Shown: positions 53,401 to 64,000 of the stretch, piece by piece | Numbering within the stretch: position 1 is the stretch's first letter | Layout: each line of letters begins with the position of its first letter | Source: Oopsacas minuta | Taxonomy: Eukaryota > Animalia > Porifera | NCBI GenBank assembly: GCA_024704765.1 | Contig: JAKMXF010000277.1 | Span: forward strand, 62,001 to 126,000 | Length of the DNA stretch: 64,000 bases | Direction of reading: 5' to 3' | Position numbers and translations under genes: made by a program | Notes under the pieces: model-generated | The model's input: only the letters and a program-made list of their open reading frames with translations | Told to the model about the DNA's origin: nothing | Databases searched by the model: none

Positions 53401-56400
53401 TACTTTAACCGAATACGGCCAGGAAAATGTGTGATTTTATGACCTCAAAAAGGTGCTAAAATCTCGTATTTGGTGCGAGAATTGGTTTAAACTGAATGGT
53501 AAAATTTTTACTGTTCCTTTTTATTACGAACGTAAAAACTCAGACCGTAATCGGTTAATATACATTCTCACTCAGGTAGGCAATCTCCCAATATCAGCTA
53601 AACTGAAATTACAGTGAGTATTCCTTGAGAAATTTCTTGAAATTCACATTATAATATTCAATGTCACATAGTATTATATTTTTCACGTTTCTTAGGTAGT
53701 AACTTTCGCACTGAAGGAATGAATGTCCTCGTTCTAAAATCTTTGGATTATGAAACTACAGCTTCCTATACCCTTACACTCGAGCTAGACGATAGAGTAG
53801 CTCAAGCTACGACTACACTAGACATCACAGTCACTGACGTAAATGATAACACTCCTACATTAGATGCATCAAACGAAGTAGTATTTACATTCCCAGAAAA
53901 TAGATCTATTGGTGTGATTACAACTATAGTAGCATCTGATATGGATGAAGGAGTTAATCAAAATCTGTATTATGATATTGATGATACTCATGGGATATTT
54001 CAGCTAAGTCAATCTACCGGAGTTTTGACTCAGATATCTTTCTTTGATAGAGAAACTGATGAGCAATATGTATTAACGGTAAGTTTAGTGTGTTCAAAGA
54101 TTTGAATTGATACGTATTTCACCGAAAGTTTGAATCAATTATTATCCAGTTGATTCCGCTTAAACGGAACTCTCGTTATACCGAGTACTTGTTTTTAATG
54201 CATTGTATATTCCATATAGATAACAGTGAGTGATGGCGGTTTTGTACCTAGAAGTGTTATAACAACTATTACTATTACTATAACAGATGTTAATGAATTC
54301 ACGCCAACATTTGAATCGAACCTATACCGTGAAGGCATTGCTGAGGATCAAACTGTACCACACGATTTCTCCTCCAATACATTAGCTATTGATGGTGATG
54401 CACAACTTGCTGATAATGGAAAAATTATCCATTCTATCGTAAGTGTAGAACCAGCCGTATTCTTAGGAGCCTTCTCTATCAATGAAGATAATGGGCTGTT
54501 GACATTGATGAACCAGTTGGATTACGAAGCGGTGAGTATCTTCTAAATAACAAATATTCCTAATTTCCTCGAATATATTGTGATGCATGAATCATTACTT
54601 AATTTTGATTCTGTGGTCACAGTATTTTCAGAATTTTGCATTTGAAAATATTCAATGCACTTTAAATATTATCCTTTGTCTATTTCTCCAGATTCAAGAA
54701 GCAGTTGTCATCATTCAGGCACAAGATGTACCTGCAACTGGCACTCCTCTTTCCTCTACAACTAGTGTTATTTTCACAATCTCAGATGTAAACGACAATC
54801 CACCGATATTCTTTTCAACCACTCACACACTAACTATCTTTGAAAATGCTGAATTCCCTTCTACCATTGGAGTATTCACTGCTAGCGATTTGGATTCTGA
54901 TATTCACGGTCCAATAACATACTCTAATAACTCTAGTATGCCAACTCAATTCACATATGATTCTACTACTGGTGTACTAGAACAGACAGCTATATTTGAT
55001 AGAGAAAATCTGTCTCATACAAATCCTGTTACATTTGAGGTATATTATTTTCTGTGTCTTTGATATTTTCCGAATTATTACGCAATTTTAAATGACTTAG
55101 AAGTTTCTCAATTTGGCGGTTTAAATATGATAGATAAATTGCGAATGATTTTAGGGAATTGTAAATTAACGCGCGCGTATTAATATGCGTAAACTATTGA
55201 GTATATAAATACTGTATTCTTCGATTATATTTATTTCTATGTTTAACTTGTTTGATTTCTACATAGGTGATAGCTACAGATGGTGGAGGTATGACGGGCA
55301 CTGCTACAGTAACATTAACGATCCTAGACCAGAACGATAACGCCCCTGTCTTTGGACTACCAAGTTATGCAATATCTATTGCTGAAAACTTTGTAGTGGG
55401 CGATATAGTCATAACAGTGACTGCTACTGAAACGAATGCTGACGATAGTGCCAATGGGGTTATCCAGTTTGTTATCACACATGGAGGTGATGATCATTTT
55501 CATATACTCGATCCAAATACCGGTGAAATACGTAGTCTTTTGTCTTTCAATCATGAGGAGGAGACAACATTCGAACTGACAGTAGCTGCTTTCGATCAAT
55601 CTTCAAATCCTTTGAGTACCTTCGTAGCAGTTACAATTACAATTACTGATGTGAATGACAATCCTCCAGTTTTCACATTTTCACGCTATGAGCTCTATGT
55701 GGAGGAAGGGGCTACTACTGATAGACTTGTGATGAGTGATGTGGAAATATTTGCTACTGATTCAGATCTACCAGCCAATGTAGATATAACTTATACTATT
55801 TCTGATCCAACTTTTAATGCTATAACTACTGCAGGTGAATTGATTCGAATTTCTATACTAGTTTCAGTAGACTCGCAGGTTGTATATTAAGGCGAAACCT
55901 CCATAAACGGAGATTTGGGCAGAAAGGGGGATACTTGGTAGCATTTTCGGCTTTGCGACCCTGGTAACCGTTTCTGAAGGTTACAATATACGAATATTTT
56001 ATATTATATCTTTCAATGTAGCAAAACTGGCTGAAGTGAAGACTGCTGTTGCTATAGACTTTGAGGCGACACCAACATTCGAATTTGAGTTAATTGCTAC
56101 TGATGCAGCTGCGGGTGGAATGACTGGTACGACAACACTCTTCATAACAATAAAAGATGTTAATGATAATCCACCTATCTATAATACATCTGTTACTGCA
56201 CATACATTCCCTGAATCAACATCTGGGGGATCAGTGCTATTCAATGTGAGTTGAATTGAATTCCTGGAGGGAGGGGTATTAATATGAAACCTATTACAAC
56301 CATTAATTATATTGGTAGAGAGCCTTTTTCGACATTAATACTAACATATTTTGTCCTGGCGCCAATCCATGTAGTCTAATTCCTTAGCCTCTTACTACTC

Positions 56401-59400
56401 CAATACAAACAAAATTTATATTTAAACTTTCTTGGAAAACAAGCACAAATTTTTCAATCTCTGTTTATTCTCCGTTTTCCTTTAGATCAAGGCAGTAGAT
56501 GCAGATTCCACTTCCAATGCAGAAATAACATACTCAATCACAAGTGGTGGTGATAGTAAATTCGCAGTACAACCCGACTCAGGCATAGTCACAACCACGA
56601 ACTCACCATTTGATTTCGAATCTAGAACCTCATACACCGTAACATTTACGGCAAGAGATGGTGGAACAACTCCAATGAGTGACACGATTGATATTACAGT
56701 TACTATAACTGACGTAAATGATAATATACCAATGTTTGCAACCAACCCTTTCAGATTTGAAGTAGATGAAAATGATGCTACGCTGACTTTTCCCATTCCT
56801 GCTACAGACTTGGATACAAGCGCTGCTTTCAATCAAATTATCTACTCTATTAGGTCTGAAACTGAACACGATCTCTTTGATATTGATAACGTCACTGGTG
56901 TAGTTTTCCTCAAAAAGGAATTTGACAGGGAAAGTGGTGGTTTGGAAATCACCTCATCAGGTCTTGGGTTTCACGAAATTGTAATTCAAGCAACTGATAT
57001 GGACAATCCAGCTTTTACGGCTACAACACACGTAGAAATAAGTGTGAGAGATTTGAATGATAACCACCCTGATATTGATCGCGATTGTCCAATATCTCTA
57101 ACTGTACAAGAGTTAATTACACCCCATCTTACGACACTCACAATCATTCCCGCTACTGATGCTGATTTTGCTCAAACTCCATTTTATATAATCGCTGCTG
57201 GCGATGATGATAATATCTTCCAGATTTTACAAACTGGCGAGCTTCAACTTATTGGCGTATTAGACCGTGAGGATAAACCAGATTTTACTCTCCAACTCGA
57301 GGTTCGTGATGGTGGAACACCCGAATTAACATCTACTTGTAATATTCTTGTTACAGTGGATGATTCAAACGATTTTCCTCCTGTATTCGCTCTCAATCCT
57401 AGCAAAACAATACCTGAAAACACAAATATTAGTACTGTTCTATTGACCTATACAGCTACCGATGATGATATTGGAACAAACGGTGATATTGTATACACTA
57501 TAAATACTGGTGATACAGCTAATAGATTTTCCTTGGGGCAAGTTGATGGCATATTGACAGTAGCTGGCGAATTAGATTTTGAAACTATTAATATGTACAC
57601 TTTGATTATACTCGCTGTTGATAAGGGTACTCCATCCATGTATGGGACCGGAACGATAACAATCACAATCACAGATGTCAATGATAATCCTCCTATTCTA
57701 ACAGAGATTACAGCAATTGAATTCATGGAAAACATTGCTACTGGTCCTACACCTGTTCATACTGTAATGGCTACTGATGCTGATTCTGGTGTCAACAAAG
57801 ATATCACGTACGAAATTCGCGGCACTAATTTTGGCATCTTCGCTCTTAGTCCGTCAACTGGTGAACTTACTATTGCTGATGATACGAATATTGATCGTGA
57901 GGTCACTGATGAGTATGTGTTAGAAATCGTAGCGATAGACATGGGCACGCCTCCTTTGGAAGATAGCCTATTTTTGACGGTCACGATACTCGATTTCAAC
58001 GATAAAACACCTGCTTTCTCAGATGGTGATCGGTCTATTGCTATTGTTGAAGATACACTCGCAGAAAATTACACTGGACAGATTCTCTTAACATTTACTG
58101 GTAGTGATAATGATATTGGAATTAATGCTGAATTTGAGTTCAGAATTGATGCTGGGAATGTTCCTGCTTTATTTACGCTTACAACAAATGGTATACTCAC
58201 ACGAAGTGCTTCCATAGATCGCGAAGCAGTAGACAGTGTCAGACTCACATTAACCATATACGATCTTGGTACGAATTCACTATCAAGTAGTATATTCCTT
58301 GACATAGACATCACTGATAGTAATGATAACACACCAACATTTGGGAATCTGTCATACGCTTTCGATGTGGATGAGAATTCAAATCTCACTTTTTCAATTG
58401 GTGATATAATAGCTATGGATCCTGACGAAGGTCTTAACCAAGATATTTCATATATTATCACAGATACAACCCAACCATTCGCTATTGATAAAAGTACAGG
58501 AAAGTTAACAGTTTCTGGTTCTCTTGATAGAGAGACGACTGATGGTTACGCGTTCGAAGTAGAAGCTTATGATGCTGGTATACATCCACGTACTGGCACT
58601 ACTACAGTTATTATTACCATTCTTGATCTCAACGACAATCAGCCTAGATTCACAGATACAACGTATGCATTTGAGATTCCAGAACACTTTATGGTGGATA
58701 CAGCTTTTGGAAAAGTTGAAGGCACTGATGCTGACATATCACCAAATGATGAGCTTTATTATTATGTTATGACTGGAAATGATACATTTGCAGTTGATAC
58801 CATTTCTGGTGAAATATCCATAGTTCGAGATCTAGACCGAGAAAACGCCGCTGATGTATATCTCACTGGAATTATCATTGTTTCTAACTCAGCCACCTTT
58901 CCTGTTGCACCTTTTAATTTTGTGTTTTCACAGACGGAGATATCTACCCTAATATCGGATATCAATGACAACCCACCAATCTTCACAAGTGATTGGTATC
59001 GCCGAGGAGTACTTAGCGACACTGAATTTAAATCAATCGTGACATCTGTAATTGCTTCTGATCTCGATTTGATTAACGATACATATTTTGGAGGAGAAAT
59101 AGGTTTTCTTAAAAATCCATCTGTAACTAATGCTGCCCAATTTGATGTTAGTAGTACTGGAAATATTTTTTTAGCGGAAGATGTGACAGGTGAAGTGGGC
59201 GAACATTTCGATTTATATGTCCTTGCATCTGATAATCGACTACTTGATCCACACTTTAATACCACAACTCGTGTTACCTTATGGGTATTGACTATCGATC
59301 AACAAGCAGTAATTACGATACACGAACCCAAAACAGATGTATTGCTGATGTTAGATATCATCGTAGACGCTCTGCAAAATATCACACAATCGATAATCAA

Positions 59401-61867
59401 CATTGATGATGTGGTTTACAATCCAGATAATAATGCGTTTACAGATATTTATTTCCATGCTGTTGATGGAGATACATTAGCTATCATATCCAGAAATACG
59501 ATAATTAAACTTGTAGATGAGAATAGGGTTAGTGTTAATTCATTGTTGAGGGATATTCAAGTTACTGAAGTCAGGCCTGCAAGCAATCCTGTGGTAAGTT
59601 TTTGGTTAAGTAATTTTGTTTACGTGTTTTGTTAAATAATATTGCAAATTGATCAGAACACTTCCGTGAAGTTTCTTTCCATGTCTTGAATTGTTTATTT
59701 CGAATATGGTTAGTAATATTAAATTCATTATAATTTCTGATCACATCGAATTATACTCTAATGAGCTGACACTACCAAACTTAGATATTTTTCCAACTCT
59801 CTGAGATTGTAGATGTATGTGATATAGGGATATATGGTTGTGAGTGCAATCATTCTATTATATACAACCATATATTCCTAGACATGCAATCTATTAATAA
59901 CTGCAATTATACAAGAGATTAAGAGAATTTTTCATGATGGTATAATAACTATTAGTGACATTTGTTTCTAATCTACTCATTAATGTATAAATCTATGGTC
60001 CAACAATTGATTATCAAGAAATGTATGGTGCTAAATGAGAGCCCTAATGTTTCTGAATGTTATTACTCAGGACCATTCATTTATTATATGACTCAAGTCG
60101 TTGGTTTTCATGCGAATATTAGACAGGTATTTCTAACTATACGAATTCGATATTATGGATTTTCTAGTTGACTCTCACCAAAATTTTCTAAGAAGTATAG
60201 TCCAGGGCGCCGACTTTTGAAATACCATAAGAGGGCTCAAGATTTTTCACCGATAATTGACCATTTCCACTAAATAGTGTATCTTTGAATTCAACTTGAC
60301 AACGTCATTTAAGTTTGAATGTTGTCGAGTTTCCTTCAATTACTGCTTCGTAAGTATAGCGATTGATAGACTATTATTTCCACCGTAAAATTTGATATTT
60401 ATCATATTCTATTAGCTTTAATTTCAACTAAACTCTAACGTAATTTAGCAATCAACTAACTTTAACAATAATTACGTCTGTTGGCATATTTGTATGTGGG
60501 CTGGATTGTAATGTTCAAAATGTTCAAAACGTTATTCATAGATAGTGTACATCATTGCCACAACATGCAATTTGGTGATTTCTCACTTTGTTGTAAAATC
60601 TCAATATTATTATCAATTAGAATCGAAACATATGATTCACAGCTATATGTTGTATAATTCTAATTCTTATCATGTTTGCTAATAAGAATATAGCTTATCA
60701 ATAAATTAAGCAGCTAGTGCTAATTATTACATGTAACGAGTTAATAAATCAATTCTCTCCGTATTATGAAACATATGTACGTTTGGTTTTGGTTTAAGTG
60801 TGATAAATATTAATAACCTGTGTTTTCCTCATTCAGCTGGGTAATATTAAATAACCACCTTGAGACCCTCAGAAATATGTTCGATTTACTCAGATATACC
60901 ATTTTCATGAAATGTTAATTATTATAAGATCCTATATCTACTCACACTTTGAAATTTCAACGTATTTGGAGTATTCAGCATATGATTGTGGATTCACAAG
61001 CATAGCTAAGTGTTTTTATATGAAGTGACAAGATTACTCATCATTAATCCGATTGGAATGCAACCATTAGTATTTGAATTTCAAATATGCAATTACCATA
61101 TATTGAGTTCCCATAATATAGTACACTGTGTTTAATATGGCACTGGTTAACCTTGGGTCACTTGCAATATGTCAACCTGGCGTCTCACAATGCCGTGAGA
61201 GTTGGCACCTCTGTACTTTGCCAGAAACGGAACCATGCTATTAATGTAAAATAGCTCTAGTTAATCAGGTTAAAATGACTTGTGTCGACCCCACTAAGAT
61301 ATTTCAGTTTTATCCAATTCTTTCGAATTTTAGGTGTCTTTGGATCCAATTCTGCTAGGTATATCAATATTTTTGGCTATTCTAGTTCTAATATGTTGTT
61401 GTTTACTTATTCTATGTGTGATATACGACCAGATTCGTCGTAAACAAATCAAACATCGTCAGCGTGTTTCTCTATTGAAATCTTACGATGCATCACTTGA
61501 TTATAACTATTCACTTTCTGGACAAGCACACGAAAACCCAATGTGGCTTCACCCTTACGAACAATGGGAGAAGGAAGATGAATTCACCAAAGGAAATCCT
61601 ATGTTCTATGAATCGCAGGAGTTTGTTATGGACATGTTCCGTGAGAGTGATGATGAAAAATCTGAAGAGACAATCTCCTTTGGGTCTTGGGGCGCTTCTA
61701 AAATTAAATTACGCGGTAGAATAGGGAGAAAGGGGACTTCGGGCGCTTCGACTATCACCAGAATGTCCGATGTTGATCATGACTACAATGTTGATTTGTT
61801 AGCTGAGGTTTTAGGTGATGATCTTCCTCCGTCTGGAGCTGAACCCTCAGAAGTTTCTAATATTTAA
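47408..61867 (+). CDS. CDH23: Cadherin-23-like giant cadherin: signal peptide, about 25 EC repeats, membrane-adjacent domain, TM, cytoplasmic tail
   Basis: EC repeats with DxD, LDRE/LDYE and DxNDN motifs across about 17 ectodomain exons from 47408 to 59593. The post-EC segment (IDQQAVITI...LQNITQSIINIDDV...TDIYFHAVD...IIKLVDEN...LLRDIQVTEVRPA) is colinear with the CDH23 membrane-adjacent domain as I recall it. Last exon 61334-61867 holds the TM, an NPMWL motif and the C-terminus EVSNI. Confidence 0.8.
48331..48432. repeat. Second GATTAC/GTAATC palindromic repeat copy, in a cadherin intron
   Basis: atgtaatcgcgattg, gattacaattgcgattacat and atgtaatcacaattgtgatc share units with 43069-43238. 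Confidence 0.5.
49449..49549. mobile_element. TA-targeting MITE family C, deleted copy
   Basis: TA|cagtggaaacgg ... gtgttcttataaccgccattcactg|TA; the right end is the reverse complement of the left end of 40015. Confidence 0.7.
49560..49669. mobile_element. TA-targeting MITE family B, right half, abutting the family C copy
   Basis: aaatatgatcccaaaccgtccaag ... ttatatcgaagtaattatcgcgatcccttgagctccgatataaccggagttgagtg|TA. Confidence 0.65.
50497..50587 (+). mobile_element. hAT MITE family A, 91 bp, with perfect 8-bp target-site duplication
   Basis: gtctatag|cagtagttcctaacc ... ggttgggggaaccgctg|gtctatag; TSD at 50489-50496 and 50588-50595. Confidence 0.85.
51049..51164. mobile_element. TA-targeting MITE family C, partial
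   Basis: catatattcctgta ... aaacatgttttgctactcc ... gtgttcttataaccgccattcactg|TA is highly similar to 49449-49549. Confidence 0.65.
52684..52751. mobile_element. Minimal family B MITE (two TIRs with a short spacer)
   Basis: caggcaactcccgatatatcgaa ... ttcgatatatcttgagttgact forms a hairpin of about 22 bp. Confidence 0.6.
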
Positions 61868-62925
61868 GTTTTTATATTATATATATACACACCCCATAAT
61901 ATATGTATCACTATCCTAACTTTACGAACTTTTTTTACCCATTTTCACTCTAAGTTAATTTAGTTAGCTTTGCGGGTACTTTCTTGTCCCGTAATTTCTA
62001 TTTCAAACTTTCTATGAATTGTTTAAATTATAACTTATTTCTTGCCTTTTGATTTCATACAATAGATGGGTTGTCTGGATAGATTGGCGAAGGTTACGTC
62101 ATCTGTATCTTGAGAAATTTGTTATATTTTTCAATGATGCATATCACAGTGGTTTCAACTTTCAAGAAACGATCGCAGGAAACTTTTGTTGGCCACTTAA
62201 TTTCAGAAATAATGAAATATCCCAGAGCTGCGACGCCACGGCAGTCAATTTTTTCTCAAAATTCCAGCAGCTGTGTCCAAGACCCGTTGGAGTGGGAATT
62301 TGAACTTTGCCGTTGCGGGCATTTTAGCCACAACCTTTAAATTATCTGTAACATTTAGTTTCCTGGCATAATTTTATCAAAATGTTTCATGTATTCGCCA
62401 ACCACTATCAGTCATTTGCAACAACACTAAACTGCATAATATCTTTGAATATTTCACAACATGAGCTTAGCTTGTTTATCTCCTCCACACAGGTTTGTTC
62501 ATCAGTTCCTTGCTAGGGAATCATTGGAAAAATTTCTTATCGATTATCGTAGTTGCAGTTCAATTTGTAAAGATAAGCTCTAGTTACTAAATTCGATAGC
62601 TATTTTCATAATTTGGCCAATCAAATTTATGTGTGAAATGCTCATCTCGGAAAGTTAGTCAAAATAACATATTTGCCCCCCTTAATGCATGCTCAAATAG
62701 GAAAATATAAGTTGCTCGCAAATGCATCGATTTTGACTGTATTTCGATGGCAACCTTGTCGGAGAGGCATTAATGTCCGATGCCAAGGTCTCGTCATATT
62801 TGCTTAATTATTCATGGAATATATGAATACGCTAGCTTGTGACTTATAAACCATTTGTTATATGTTGAAACATGGTGTAAATTGTATAAATTTCAAAGTA
62901 ATAAATACAAAATCATATTTAGCCC

Positions 62926-63299
62926 ATGGCAATTACAAGCCATGCGAAAGCGTTATTTACCTCTCTCAAGGAAGTATATGGTCCTCAAGTTGCTGTCCTA
63001 GCAACCAATGAGGTCAGAGGAATGTTTTGGAAGAACGGCCTGACGATTAAAGAATTCTTCGAGCCATTCTCTAATCTCAATATTGAATGGACATTACGTG
63101 ATCCTAGTGGATTAGGTGGTGGATCAGGAAGTTCACAAAATATACATTCACCACAAGCGAATGCTGGTTTGCTCGGCACTTATAAAATCCGGACACTGCA
63201 CGTAAATATTTCCGAGGTTACAGGCCCAGATAATCCGCCGATAAGTTCGGAATTGTTTGATCAGATTTTGCAAGAAGAATTGGACGACATTGCTAAAAG
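62926..63299 (+). CDS. TRAPPC8: TRAPPC8 (Trs85, TRAPPIII subunit), first coding exon; the gene continues downstream, probably beyond the window
   Basis: MAITS...VYGPQVAVLATNEV...KNGLTIKEFFEPFSNL...LRDPS...IRTLHVNISE parallels the TRAPPC8 N-terminus; donor AG|gtaggt at 63299/63300. Confidence 0.75.
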
Positions 63300-64000
63300 G
63301 TAGGTTAAAAACAGGCCAATTGCAATTATGGGTGTAATTTAAACTTTCATTCAAGTACACCCATGATATAATCACAGAACTCCAAATAGTTTGCAATCAC
63401 AGGGTATTTTGCCAGAATTTTCAAAAATTTCTTCTAATTGAAATTCGCAAATAATCAATCTAATTCCTAAAATCCTGATGATTGTGAATAAGTTGATTGA
63501 TGCCATATGACCATAAATTTCACATTGTAATTTTCGATGTCCTTTGACCTGATTAACCAATTTTTTCATAGAGAGTTGCAAAATAAATGTTATACGTTGA
63601 TAAAAATTTGGTGACAATATACTGGAATTCATTATATTTTGCACTATAATCAACATTCATGACATAATTTATAACAAGCTGATAGATATGTAAGCCCGAA
63701 TCGAACATCTGATTTACACAAACAATTAAATTTAATTGAGATTCCTTTTCCAGAAAAATTATTCATTTCTATTTGACCATTATTGCTAACATTAGAATCG
63801 AAACATGCAACTTTATTACTTAAGTGTAATATGTTAAATACTGCCAGGCGATTTTAGTGACTGCACTAATGTTGTATAATGACCAAGCATGGCCTGGGCC
63901 AAGTATTGAAATTACTGCTTAGTATGTAAAAAGATTTGTAAAGCTCTGCATACAGTTTTGAAAAGTAAATGGAGGCGGCACAGGCAATCTTGAGATCCTG

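Noticed and set aside
57448-59265. Long minus-strand ORFs (95-167 aa) under the cadherin
   Set aside because: Antisense shadows caused by the biased codon use of cadherin repeats.
61140-61230. Small GC-richer stem-loop (gtcaac/gttggc, tctcac/gtgaga) in the last cadherin intron
   Set aside because: Short stems, and no H/ACA, C/D or Sm motif that I can place; not distinguishable from chance without Infernal.
62049-62600. Overlapping short ORFs and coding-like composition between the cadherin and TRAPPC8
   Set aside because: Non-ATG starts, stops in all frames and no recognisable domain; a possible relic that cannot be supported by eye.

Overview
AT-rich eukaryotic (early-branching animal) genomic DNA with short spliceosomal introns; the compactness, nesting and gene content suggest a sponge, possibly a glass sponge (inference only). 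Plus strand, left to right: TMEM19 (3' part), an intronless single-PDZ protein, an intronless ERG25/MSMO1-like sterol oxidase, a 35-kb VPS13A/C-type gene (4156-39168, 22 hand-built exons, about 4,020 aa), an Ig-domain receptor tyrosine phosphatase, a cadherin-23-like giant cadherin and the first exon of TRAPPC8. The main structural result is that four VPS13 introns contain five complete genes: ABCA3-like, an S/T/P-rich orphan, TBCK and SLC38A10-like on the minus strand, and casein kinase 1 alpha on the same strand as the host. Most start codons sit 0-7 nt behind a 3'-splice-acceptor-like AG, which suggests spliced-leader trans-splicing. The receptor phosphatase has an unusual architecture (Reeler-like region, about 10 Ig domains, one PTP domain) and WPT in place of the catalytic WPD. 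Short hAT-type and TA-targeting MITEs occur in many introns. No rRNA, tRNA or CRISPR array was recognised. All exon models were built by eye from GT/GC-AG boundaries, phase and remembered family motifs; no searches were run.
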